Positions 44,548-55,100 of a stretch of DNA of 64,000 nucleotides are shown piece after piece; the stretch's first letter is position 1, and each line of letters starts with the position of its first letter. The stretch spans positions 10,063 through 74,062 of the forward strand of contig CAYQUS010000005.1 of NCBI GenBank assembly GCA_964421015.1. Reading direction: 5' to 3'. Origin of the DNA: an uncultured Planctomycetia bacterium (GTDB lineage Bacteria > Omnitrophota > Gorgyraeia > Tantalellales > Tantalellaceae). The notes under the pieces are model-generated. The model saw only the letters and a program-made list of their open reading frames with translations. It did no database searches and was not told the DNA's origin. The translations under genes and the position numbers were made by a program.

Positions 44548-46212
44548 ATGTTTTGCAGGCAGTGTGAGCAGACGGCTATGGGCAAGGGGTGCGACAAACA
44601 AGCTGGGGTATGCGGTAAGACCGATGAGACGGCGGTGCTACAGGACCTCTTAATACACAGCCTTAAAGGGATAGCGATCTATGGTAACATGGCAAGACCC
44701 CTGGGCGTTAAGGACCCGGAAATAGACCGTTTCATGATGGAAGGTCTTTTTAGCACGATAACGAATGTCGATTTCGATCCGGAAAGGCTTAAGGGACTTT
44801 TATCTGCGTCTTACAAAATGAAAGCGAGGATAAAGGATTCTTTCGAGAAAGCTTACAAAGAGAAAAATAAAAAAGACTTTTCAGGAACTCTTCACTCTTC
44901 GGCGTCATGGGAACCCGCCTCTTCAACGGAAGGATTGATAGAGCAAGGCAGGAAAAATGGTATTTTGTCCCCCGAGGGGATATCCGAAGACGTGAGGAGC
45001 CTCAGGGAGATAATTCTGTATGGTCTTAAAGGCATAGCGGCTTACGCGGACCATGCCGCCGTCCTCGGGAGAACCGAGGAAGAAGTAAGCGCTTTCTTTT
45101 ATGAGGCGCTTGCGGCGATAACAGACGATAAATTATCAGCTGACGCTCTTACCGGTCTTGTGTTAAAAGCCGGCAGTGTGAACCTTAAATGCATGGAGAT
45201 GCTGGACGCGGCGAATACCGGAAGATTCGGGCATCCGGTTCCCACTAAGGTCTTTCTTGGGGCCAAAAAGGGACCGGCTATACTCATAACCGGTCATGAC
45301 TTGGCCGATATGGAGGATCTTCTAGAGCAGACTAAAGACAAGGGAATAAACGTGTACACGCATGGGGAAATGCTGCCAGCCCACGGTTATCCGGGTCTTA
45401 AGAAGTATCCCAATTTCGCGGGGCATTTCGGAGGAGCCTGGCAGGATCAGCAGAAAGAGTTCCCGTCTTTTCCCGGAGCCATGCTTTTTACCACGAACTG
45501 TATACAGAAACCCCTGGATTCTTACAAAGACAGAGTTTTTACAACAGGGCTTGTGGCCTGGCCCGGAGTGGTCCATATCTCGGGAAAGCCCGGCAAGAAA
45601 GATTTTACGCCTGTTATTAAAAAAGCTCTCGAAGCGGGAGGATATAAAGAAAATGTCCCCGGTAAGGAAATAACCGTGGGATTCGCTCACAACACGGTAT
45701 TGAGCGTAGCCGACAAAGTGGTGGATCTTGTAAAAAGAGGTAAAATAAAAAGGTTTTTTCTCATCGGAGGGTGCGATGGGGCAAAATCCGGAAGGAACTA
45801 TTACACAGAGTTCGCCGAGAAAGTCCCTAAGGACTGTGTGATCATAACTCTGGCCTGCGGGAAGTTCAGGTTCAACAGGCTTGAGTTCGGGGATATAGAA
45901 GGAGTGCCTCGTCTTCTTGACTGCGGACAATGCAACGACGCTTTCTCGGCCATAAAGATAGCCTCGGCGCTTGCGGGAGTGTTCAATTGTTCCGTTAACG
46001 ACTTACCGCTTTCCATGATACTTTCATGGTACGAACAGAAAGCTGTGTGTATTTTGCTTACGCTTTTTTCACTCGGAATAAAAGGCATAAAACTTGGGCC
46101 GAGTTTGCCCGCATTCGTATCGCCTAATGTGCTTAAGATCCTTGTGGAAAAATTCAACATAAGCCCTATATCCACAGTGGACCAGGATCTTAAATCTGCT
46201 CTTGGGAACTAA
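44548..46212 (+). CDS. hcp: Hybrid-cluster protein / hydroxylamine reductase
   Basis: N-terminal MFCRQCEQTAMGKGC...GVCGK cubane cluster motif and Hcp-like length (554 aa). Confidence 0.9.
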   Translation: MFCRQCEQTAMGKGCDKQAGVCGKTDETAVLQDLLIHSLKGIAIYGNMARPLGVKDPEIDRFMMEGLFSTITNVDFDPERLKGLLSASYKMKARIKDSFEKAYKEKNKKDFSGTLHSSASWEPASSTEGLIEQGRKNGILSPEGISEDVRSLREIILYGLKGIAAYADHAAVLGRTEEEVSAFFYEALAAITDDKLSADALTGLVLKAGSVNLKCMEMLDAANTGRFGHPVPTKVFLGAKKGPAILITGHDLADMEDLLEQTKDKGINVYTHGEMLPAHGYPGLKKYPNFAGHFGGAWQDQQKEFPSFPGAMLFTTNCIQKPLDSYKDRVFTTGLVAWPGVVHISGKPGKKDFTPVIKKALEAGGYKENVPGKEITVGFAHNTVLSVADKVVDLVKRGKIKRFFLIGGCDGAKSGRNYYTEFAEKVPKDCVIITLACGKFRFNRLEFGDIEGVPRLLDCGQCNDAFSAIKIASALAGVFNCSVNDLPLSMILSWYEQKAVCILLTLFSLGIKGIKLGPSLPAFVSPNVLKILVEKFNISPISTVDQDLKSALGN

Positions 46213-46220
46213 CTTTTTTA

Positions 46221-46261
46221 CACATTGGTGCCAGGCACCACTGGTGCCTGGCACCAATGTG
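46221..46261. repeat. Perfect 20-bp-arm palindrome (GGTGCCAGGCACC family); likely also a terminator for hcp
   Basis: CACATTGGTGCCAGGCACCA c TGGTGCCTGGCACCAATGTG. Confidence 0.8.
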
Positions 46262-46294
46262 TAATGCTGTTAGGAGTATAAAATCACTTATTTC

Positions 46295-46324
46295 TTGACA
46301 TAAACCTGCCCTTTGCGTTACAAT
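46295..46324 (+). promoter_or_regulatory. Sigma70-like promoter for giant ORF 2
   Basis: TTGACA, an 18-nt spacer, then TACAAT. Confidence 0.45.
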
Positions 46325-46474
46325 TTCATCTATAAATAGCTCTATAAAAAGCCAGTCTTTTAGTGAGAATAAAGTGTACTAATGCACTTTTGAGGACAAC
46401 TGCTCCCGGCAAATGTCTGAGATTAGCGAGATTTTAGTATAGAAACCCGACCTTCAAAAAAAAGAGGTGTCCAG

Positions 46475-49400
46475 ATGGGATCTAGCAGAAAAATTCTCCG
46501 CAAGATATTCTCATTTCTACTGCTAATAACTTTTTCGTTACAAAATGTTTCTTCCGGCCAGGATATTTTTACAGATACTCTGGCCACCAGCCCGGTTTCT
46601 TCGGAAAAACCAGTTACAGAGGAATCTTTTCTTTTCAGTCAGGCGATACGCGGCGACATAAGAATGATGTCCGTTATTTACTCTGTTGCTCAGGCCTTTT
46701 TTGAGTCGGGGGAGAGTAAAGAAGGTCTTCTGAAAACTCTTTCCGGAAAATTTTTCTGGAACGATTCTTTCTTAAGAGGTCTAAACATAGATCTTGAGAA
46801 CATATCTATGGAGGATTACAGAAATGACGGTTTTTTGAGCATACCTTTTGTGTCTGAGGACGGTAGGCTCAGCGGAATAGTTGGCGTATGTCCGGTGACG
46901 TCCCGGGTGGTTTCCGCCAGGGATGATAAGAGCTGGGAGAGACTCGGCGAATACACTTTTTTTATTGAAAGCAGACCCAGGGGAACGGATATAACGTCAA
47001 GAGATATGCGCGGCCCGGCGGCTTTTTCTGAAACCAATCCCATACTGGAGGGGCTAATAGTTTCGGGAAAGGTGGTAGAGCTTTCCATGGACACAGAAAA
47101 CGGGGATTTTAAAGCCCACAGAGTAAAGTGGGTGGAGGACTATGTCCCGGGCGCCACTCCGGAAGACGTGTATAAAGGCTCTGAGATATCTGTCTCCCAG
47201 GTGCTGTCACGGTCCGAGAGGAAAGTTTTGCGCAGGTGGATGAGAGAGCATTCGGTGCGCGGGTCTCCGGTCAAGTTCAGGATAATACTGGGAGATCCCG
47301 CGATAGGGTGGTTCAGCGATATGGACCATTCTTACATAGCACATGCCGGGTTCAGGGATAATGCGGTCTACATGGGTTCTCTTCTCTTAAGGTATCTGCT
47401 CCGGGAGGAGTCATCCGGGGTAAGGTCGGAGATACTCGATAATGACGAGTTCAGGCACCTTAGCGGTCTGGATCACGGGACAGCCGAAGAGATAGAAAGA
47501 AGGCTTTCTCTTGTGAGCGAGGCCATGGAAAGGGAGAATTTGCAAAGAACAGGAGCGGCTATAGCTGAAGACGATGTAGATTTTATGGTCGCGGAGATGA
47601 AGTCGCTTCTTTCCTCGGGTGACACTTACGGGATACTGAACTTTCTGTCGGCGGTGAATGACGTAGCTCTCACAAGAGGTAAATATCCGGTTGAGAGCAC
47701 ATACCCCATAAAACACGCCGTAGCTCTTCTTTCTAAGAAAGAACAGGATCTGCTTATGGATATACTCACCGGAACGGTTTCGAGGTCCGAGGAATATCGC
47801 TACAAGATAGTGGTTGACGAGCTCATTTCTATGCTGGATGAGGACCAGGTGCTTCAGGAATGGATAAAGGTTTACGCCCCCAATCTTGAGGGCCGCTCCC
47901 TGTGGCAGATATCTCCGGAAATATGGCATGAGGCGGGTGGGCTTGCCAGGGTAATGCAGTACCACGGCGCCGGTATAAAGCATCTCATAGGACAGTCAGG
48001 AGTGAGGTTCCGGCATATAGAGCCCCATTATCAGAACAGGATAGATGCCCAGGGTAATCCCGGGAAGTTGGACTACACTGACGCAGCCCATATAACCCAT
48101 CCGATACAGGGAGAGCTTGAGGAAGTGGCAAGATATTCCGTGGAACTTAACGGCAAGGACGTCAATGTTATAGTAAGCCGAGGCGTTAACGACCTGGGGA
48201 TAGAAATATATCTCATACGTGACGAGGGAGGAGTTTACACACACTCGCTCTACAACTACAGGAATCCATGGGAAACAAGGACGGATCTGCCAACATGGGA
48301 GGAGTTTTCGGTTTTTTATTCAAAGGCTTCTCTTGAGCTGGTGAGAATAATAGAGGAAAGGGAAAAGACCGCGCTCGAGAACCTGCACAAAAAATGGAAA
48401 GCTCCTCTTCTTCATCTAAATGATTCCCAGACCGCCCTTGTAGCGGCTTTCCGTAAAATATACTATGACGAGGATCCGGTTCTTGGCAAGGCGATAGTGG
48501 CTTTTACCACACACACCTATGGTAATAGAAGGGATTATCCGCTTAACGAGGGTTATGGTGACAGGGTACTCAATTTTATGGGCATACCTGAAAAATACCG
48601 GGAGTTTTTCCGGCATATCAAGCCCGGGACGGGCTATGTTTACGACATGGCCTCGGCAGGGCTGCGAATGTCGGATTGGCAGGGAGCCGTATCTAGAGCG
48701 CATCGCGATGACGTGGAAGTTTACGATGAATGGATAAATCATCCGGAAGGTGAGGCTCTTGCGGAATATTACAGGGAAGTCGGAGGACGGTTCAACCTTG
48801 TGGGGGTTTCCAACGGAGACCTGAGATCCAAGACCATGGTATACTTTACCGAAAAGCTCAGGAAACTCTACGGCTCGGACGTGGATGTGGAAGACCTATC
48901 CCCGGAGCAGGTAGCGGAGGCCAAGAAACTGGCTAAAGCTGAACTCAGGGTTTCGGAAAATAAGAATTTCTACTCAAGCCGCGGTTCCGATGACAGGTCA
49001 GGACCTATGCTTGATCCTGATCAGATGGTGGTTTCATATTCAGGCAGGCTTGTGCCTGAAAAAGCCGGCAGATCCAGGGCTTTCACCGACAATAATATCG
49101 AGGAGATGGTAAAGAGCGGTATACAGGTGGTCATATACGGTAACGTTCAATCAAACAACCCAGCCAGCGACAAGCTCAGGGACGATCTAATAGCTTTGAC
49201 GGAAAGGCTAAAAGAAAAGAATTATGAAGGCAGGCTTGTTTTTGTTCCGAGATTCAGCCTGAACGACCAGAGAGCTCTTCTGGCTGCCAGCGACGTACAG
49301 GTGCAGGATTCGCATCCGGCCACAGAAGCCGCGGGTTTTACCGAGGCGGATATTTCGGCCTGCGGTGGCATAGAGGTGGGGACGAGAAGGACTGACAACG

Positions 49401-51844
49401 AGATAGGAGAGGGGCTTTTTGAGGCTCAGGGAATACCTATGGATTTGGCCGTTCCGGGGCATGGGAATGTCATGATACCCGAAAGGCTTGACGAGGCTTC
49501 TTACCTGGCGGTTCTTTTTGATCTTAACGATGCTTATGTCAGGGGGGATCTGAAATATTACCAGGCCACTTCCGTGAGGCTTAGCCGGGTTCTGGAGGCC
49601 AGGCTCACATCGGCGGCGTATCTCAGGCAGTTCAACGATGCCATAGCGCAGAAGGAGAGGGAGAATATCGTGAAAGAACCTTTAAAAACGGACCAGGGAC
49701 GGGAAAGAGCTATGACAACCTCCGGGAAGAACAGCCTTATGGCCCAGATATACCGTTCGGACCCCTCGGCTTACGCGGCCTACAGGGTCAGCGATTACCT
49801 GGAAAGTTCGGATGTGGAGAATGCCCAAAGGGTGTTCTTTACCTGCGAGGCTTTTCAGGACAGACAGGAAAACCTTTCATCCGTGGCGGACACATTTAAC
49901 CGCATAATAGACATGGTAAAAAGCGGGAACATAGGTCATGAAACGGCTAAGGAGTTCTTTTTCAAAATAAAATCCGACGCCATGGAATTTTCGCGGTCTT
50001 ACGCGGTAGCGGAGGCTGTGCAGATAATGTCCATACAGTCGCTTTCGATATTGAGCTGGCAGAAAAGAGGGCTGCGTGAAGCGGGGAGTTTCAGGATAAC
50101 GGCCGATCCACATAAGATGGTGAAAGCCGGAGACAAGGAGAGGGGCCCGAGTTTTCTGAGTATACCGAGAGAGTCCGGCATAAACGAAGCTTTTGCCGAG
50201 GGACACGCGGGTTTTTACTGGCGCGGTATAGAGAAACTTAAAAAGCTCGGGAGCAACGTGATAGCCGCTCTCGGAAAGGTCGACATGACGGGATCCAAGG
50301 CAAAGTCCACGGTCATGTACGCTATGGATCACGGTTTTGTACCAGTTCCGGGAGGGATACTTTCCGATACATGGAAAGGGAAGATAAGCACGCTGCACGA
50401 GACAGCTTTTATAAACGATTTAATCCCGGGGTCTTCCCAGGTCACGTCAACCGGGGCCGGGCATTTTCAGGGGGAAAAACTCGACGTTAAGTATGTTACG
50501 GAAGGTTCCGGGATACAGGTGAATGTCAGGTACGACAGTCGCGGGGAAATAGAAGAGGTGCTTGTTCACAAGGTGTCAAAAGGCGATTGGACGCTGGCTC
50601 TGCCGGGTTATGTAGATTATGTTATAAATCTGGGTGGGCTCAGGTTCAATGATTTTTCTGTGAGCCTTTCCTACGATGAGGCTGTACTTTTTAACAGCAA
50701 GATACTTCACGGAAAAGGCGATGCCGGCATGGAGGACGGGGCTTTTCTCAAGGAGATCGAGGCTGTTTCGCGAAGCATAGAGGTAGACAAAGCGCCTTAT
50801 GCCGCTTTTATGACGGAAACAGCTCCTGCTCTTCTTGAGACCGTTAAGGGTATACCGAGCTCAAGATGGATAGGGGCATTAAGTGATTTTGCCGGGAAAA
50901 ATACAGGGGATCTTACGGAGATGTATCTTTCTTTTTCCTCTTTTGATGAAGTGAGGAAGAAAGTGAGGGAACTGGCCGAGAATTTCAGGGCTAACAGGGA
51001 AAACTCTGAGGCTTTGACGGTTTCTCGGGCGGCGGAAAACGCCGGGGGTATGGACGTTTACGGCGAACCCTTGACTCTCCAGCCCGGGGAGAAACTTTTT
51101 GGAGAGCCCACGCCGGATTCTTTCTCGGGGATAGAAGGGGTAACGGATTACATAGAATCCAGCGAAAAGATCATGGGCGACATTCTTTCGGAGGAAAACT
51201 CCCAGGACAGGCTTTTAAGGGTTCCCGTGGAATGGATAGAATCTGTCGGAATTGATAACGCCAGGGGCGTTATCGAGGCGTTCCAGTCATCGCCGCGTGG
51301 TTTTGTGGAATTTTATTCGTCGGACCGGCCCGAGGGAGTGAAGGACCCTTACGGCGTAGTTACAAAAGACATCCCGGAAGCTCTTACAGCCTCTAAAAGA
51401 ACTAGAGCCAATACCGTGACGCTTTTTCCGGTATTTAAAGGCGAGGTTCTGCCGGCGCGCAGTAACAAGAGATGGGGCGGAGAAGATTATCGAAAAAGCA
51501 TCATATCTCCTTTCGGTTTCAACTATGATGAGGCCGGTGTTATAAGGAGCATCATACTTGGGCTAAGGCTTTCCGCCATAGCCGAAGACCCTGCAAAAGA
51601 TGAAAACAGCGATTTTGTCCTTGAAACCTATTCGCAGTACAGGGAACTTTGTTTGAACCAGGGAGAGGATGAAAGGTCTTTTGACCTGACGGCTCATGAT
51701 ATAGTGAATATGGCCAAAGGCGATGAAAGGGTACAGATATTGTCTCTGAATAAGCTGATAAAACTTCTCCCGATAATGCCTTTCAATACTGAAGAGCTCA
51801 GGATAATGTATAATCGGTTCAAGGAGGCCTTAATAAGAGCATAA
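46475..51844 (+). CDS. Giant (1789 aa) secreted protein with an embedded GT-B glycosyltransferase-like domain (glycogen/starch synthase-like)
   Basis: N-terminal signal peptide. EAGGLARV resembles the GT5 KTGGLGDV motif; RLVPEKAG and EAAGFTEADISACGG resemble the GT-B C-terminal motifs. The rest is unrecognised. Confidence 0.5.
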   Translation: MGSSRKILRKIFSFLLLITFSLQNVSSGQDIFTDTLATSPVSSEKPVTEESFLFSQAIRGDIRMMSVIYSVAQAFFESGESKEGLLKTLSGKFFWNDSFLRGLNIDLENISMEDYRNDGFLSIPFVSEDGRLSGIVGVCPVTSRVVSARDDKSWERLGEYTFFIESRPRGTDITSRDMRGPAAFSETNPILEGLIVSGKVVELSMDTENGDFKAHRVKWVEDYVPGATPEDVYKGSEISVSQVLSRSERKVLRRWMREHSVRGSPVKFRIILGDPAIGWFSDMDHSYIAHAGFRDNAVYMGSLLLRYLLREESSGVRSEILDNDEFRHLSGLDHGTAEEIERRLSLVSEAMERENLQRTGAAIAEDDVDFMVAEMKSLLSSGDTYGILNFLSAVNDVALTRGKYPVESTYPIKHAVALLSKKEQDLLMDILTGTVSRSEEYRYKIVVDELISMLDEDQVLQEWIKVYAPNLEGRSLWQISPEIWHEAGGLARVMQYHGAGIKHLIGQSGVRFRHIEPHYQNRIDAQGNPGKLDYTDAAHITHPIQGELEEVARYSVELNGKDVNVIVSRGVNDLGIEIYLIRDEGGVYTHSLYNYRNPWETRTDLPTWEEFSVFYSKASLELVRIIEEREKTALENLHKKWKAPLLHLNDSQTALVAAFRKIYYDEDPVLGKAIVAFTTHTYGNRRDYPLNEGYGDRVLNFMGIPEKYREFFRHIKPGTGYVYDMASAGLRMSDWQGAVSRAHRDDVEVYDEWINHPEGEALAEYYREVGGRFNLVGVSNGDLRSKTMVYFTEKLRKLYGSDVDVEDLSPEQVAEAKKLAKAELRVSENKNFYSSRGSDDRSGPMLDPDQMVVSYSGRLVPEKAGRSRAFTDNNIEEMVKSGIQVVIYGNVQSNNPASDKLRDDLIALTERLKEKNYEGRLVFVPRFSLNDQRALLAASDVQVQDSHPATEAAGFTEADISACGGIEVGTRRTDNEIGEGLFEAQGIPMDLAVPGHGNVMIPERLDEASYLAVLFDLNDAYVRGDLKYYQATSVRLSRVLEARLTSAAYLRQFNDAIAQKERENIVKEPLKTDQGRERAMTTSGKNSLMAQIYRSDPSAYAAYRVSDYLESSDVENAQRVFFTCEAFQDRQENLSSVADTFNRIIDMVKSGNIGHETAKEFFFKIKSDAMEFSRSYAVAEAVQIMSIQSLSILSWQKRGLREAGSFRITADPHKMVKAGDKERGPSFLSIPRESGINEAFAEGHAGFYWRGIEKLKKLGSNVIAALGKVDMTGSKAKSTVMYAMDHGFVPVPGGILSDTWKGKISTLHETAFINDLIPGSSQVTSTGAGHFQGEKLDVKYVTEGSGIQVNVRYDSRGEIEEVLVHKVSKGDWTLALPGYVDYVINLGGLRFNDFSVSLSYDEAVLFNSKILHGKGDAGMEDGAFLKEIEAVSRSIEVDKAPYAAFMTETAPALLETVKGIPSSRWIGALSDFAGKNTGDLTEMYLSFSSFDEVRKKVRELAENFRANRENSEALTVSRAAENAGGMDVYGEPLTLQPGEKLFGEPTPDSFSGIEGVTDYIESSEKIMGDILSEENSQDRLLRVPVEWIESVGIDNARGVIEAFQSSPRGFVEFYSSDRPEGVKDPYGVVTKDIPEALTASKRTRANTVTLFPVFKGEVLPARSNKRWGGEDYRKSIISPFGFNYDEAGVIRSIILGLRLSAIAEDPAKDENSDFVLETYSQYRELCLNQGEDERSFDLTAHDIVNMAKGDERVQILSLNKLIKLLPIMPFNTEELRIMYNRFKEALIRA

Positions 51845-51865
51845 TCGGACGTTTTTTTTAGAAAA

Positions 51866-51905
51866 AGGGATGCATGCCTTTCGGCTAGCGTCCCTTTTTT
51901 TTTAC
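51866..51905 (+). terminator. Rho-independent terminator
   Basis: GGGATGC...GCGTCCC stem plus T9 tract. Confidence 0.55.
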
Positions 51906-52116
51906 CATAAATTGATTTTTGTTAGTGTTTCAAAAAGTTTGAAAAATAGAATTGCTCCTTATCGTGTCTCAAGGCAAACTCTATTTAGGCGCTATGGCGC
52001 AGGTGAAATAAGAAAATGAACAGTGGCCTTGCAGCCTTATAGGTCCCTCCGTTAAAACGGAGGGAGTATTTTTTGTGTGGACAATTAATTTTATGTTTTA
52101 AAAACTGTGCAAGAAT

Positions 52117-55100
52117 GTGTTTCTGAGAGGCAAAATGGGTATCGGCGGATTTTATCACATAACTGTGAAAATGAAACGGACCATAAGAAGATCCGTGGCC
52201 GTTTTTATCTCTGCCGCCGTGTTTTTTGGAAATTACTGTGAGTTCCGGTGTGAAAATGTTTTTGCCCAGGATGACGAGACGTCTTACGCCTCTTCTTTGG
52301 ACAAGGGGCAATACTGTGTTCTTGACGTTGACACATTTACGCTTCCTCCGCATCTGGGGGATGTAAGGTTCTCCCACAAAGGCCATTCCGCCAGGATGGT
52401 CATACACATACAGGACGCGCATTGCAATTATTTCGCGCAGACCAAAATAGCCGATATCATCGACTATCTCAACAAAGAGTACGGAGTTACTACGATCAAT
52501 GTCGAGGGCGGAGCCGGGGCGTATGATCTTTCGGCGTTTACCGCCATATCAGGCTCTGAGATACGGCGTGAGGTGGCGGAATATTTCGTAAAACGCGGGG
52601 AAGTTAACGGCGCGGAGCTTTACGCCATAAATAACCCCAGGGACGTCTCTCTCTGGGGCATCGAAGACAAGGAACTTTATCTAAGGAACCTCAAGGTTTA
52701 CAGGGATTCCCTTTTGTATAAGCCGGAGGTGGATCTTTATCTGAAAGAACTCAGGCATGCGATAAATAACCTTAAGAGGCATATATACACTCCCGAGCTT
52801 CTCAAGATCGATATGGCCTATAACTCCTATAAGGCCGGGAACATGGATTTTAAGGCGTATCTTGATTTCCTGATATCCACTGCCAAAGGGAGTGGGATCT
52901 CGGTAAAAAAATATCCCAACCTGTACCTCATAGGGCAGGCCATGGAAAAAGAGGCCAGCGTTGATTTTAAGAGAGCCAACGCCGAAAGGGGAGTCCTGGT
53001 CGACAAGATGAAACAGATACTTTCCCGGAACGAAATGGGAGAGCTTTTGTCTAAGACCGTAGACTTTAAGACAAAGAGAATATCGGTAAAGGACTTCTAT
53101 AATTATCTTCTCGGAAAAGCCAGGGAATGCGGAATAAAAACGTCTGATTATCCCGCGCTTTCGGGATATATCGTGTATGTATCCCTTTTCGAGGCCGTAG
53201 ACTCTTTTCTTGTTATGGGAGAGCTCGATAAGCTCGAATCTGAGCTCAAGGAGCCCTTGTACCGCGACCAGAGGGAAAAGGAGCTTAACGTTCTTTCCCG
53301 CAATCTGGCATTGTTGGGGAATATTTTCGAACTTTTGCTCACAAAAACAGATTTTGCGTATTACAAGGAAAATAGCGCGTCCTTCGGCGCTGCGAGGTTC
53401 CTTTCTTTTATAGAAAAGGAGGCGCCGGCTTTCGGGATAACTGCAAAGGTTTCCCGGGAAGCGGTCAACCTTGACAGATACCTGTCCGACATAATCAGGT
53501 TCTATGAACTGTCCTTCGAGAGAGACAAGGCCTTTGTGAAAAATATGCGTTTTGCCTCGTCGCCCAGCGGCAACGAGGCTGCCGTCATAATGACAGGAGG
53601 GTTCCACACAGAGAACCTGTCGGAACTTTTCCGCAGTGAAGGATATTCGTACCTGTCCATTATGCCGAAATTCACATCCGAGGAAAATTACGATAACCCG
53701 TACTTCGCTATTCTTGCCGGGCAGACCGCCGATGTTCAGCAGATGCTGCGCTCCGCCCTGGCACAAACTGCTTTGCTGCAGGTCGTAAGCCTGCTTAACA
53801 GTGATCCGGAGATGTCGGACGCGTTTTACGCCAAAGGCGAGTCGGATATTTTCAGGACCGCGGTCGGGGTAATAGCCTATTTAAGGGAATCGGGATATTC
53901 GCTTTCCGATATCGAGATAAAAGGAATAACTCTCAACTCTTCCGATCTTGGATTGGATGTGAGGTTTTCCGAACGGGGGAAAGAAGATGTTAATCTGACG
54001 GTCCCTTGGGGCAATGCCGGAAGGATAAGCCTTGAAGACAGGCGTGTACAGCTTGAAGCTCTGCGAACGGCCTCTTACAGCGGGGCTTCATCGGGGGCCA
54101 TGACAGAAAAATATTTTGTTCATAAATGTATGAAGAACCTGGAAGAAGGGAAAACGCTTTTAGTTGTTACGGGTGAAACTTCGGGATTGAGCGATCTTAA
54201 CAGCCGGTGGGGACATGTGGGCGTGGATACGGTAAGGGATGCTTTCGGCGAAAAGATGTATGAAATCCTTACGTCCAGAAGAAACGAACTTGCCGGTATG
54301 GGTGTGGAATTTTCGGGTCACAATAACCCCTATGGGGGGAGGTGGCACTTTGCCTTTACGGTAGATGAAGATCAATACAGCAGCGCAAAATTTAAAGAAG
54401 AGATAGAGAATATCTATTTAGCGGCGAAAAACGCTCTAATTGAGGACGCCAGGATCTCTAAGGACATAAGCTCCGAGCTCGATTCCCTGAACGTGGTCTT
54501 CGGTGTGTCTGAACCTATTAGCGCGTCGGGGGTTATGGATCGCATGAGTTCTCTGAAAGAAGGCGACGAGGAGAGGCACCAGTCTCTTCTGGATTCTTAC
54601 GCCAGATATAAGGGGACGGCTCCGGAGGAACTATCTGCCGAGGCTTTTGACGAAATGGGAGAGGTATATAAATACGCGGTCAAAATGCTTTTCGGCGACA
54701 GCCTCAGAGGAATAATATACGCCGAAAATGTTTATTATTCCGATAAAGCTCCCCAACTTCTTTCCAGGCTTCTGCGCGAAGAACTTGAAGGAGGGATAGC
54801 CGCTAACAATGTTTTCTCGAAGGGGGCAGTGCCCTCCGGGGTGGAGAGGGTGTTTTTCTCTTCTGATCCTGCCGGACAGGGGACAATAAAAGACTGGTAT
54901 AGAAGTGAGTGGACGCGCGGCTGGGGTAAATACGATGTCTTCAGGTTCAGGATACCGAATTTTACGCAGATAGAAAGAACCTTAGAGGACCTGGGTGATG
55001 GGAGCCTCACCGAGAGCGAGGCGTCGAGGATAATAGCCGAAAGATTGTCCTTAAATTTTCCAGATATGAGGAGTTTCGGGCAGCTTACCGATTATATTAC

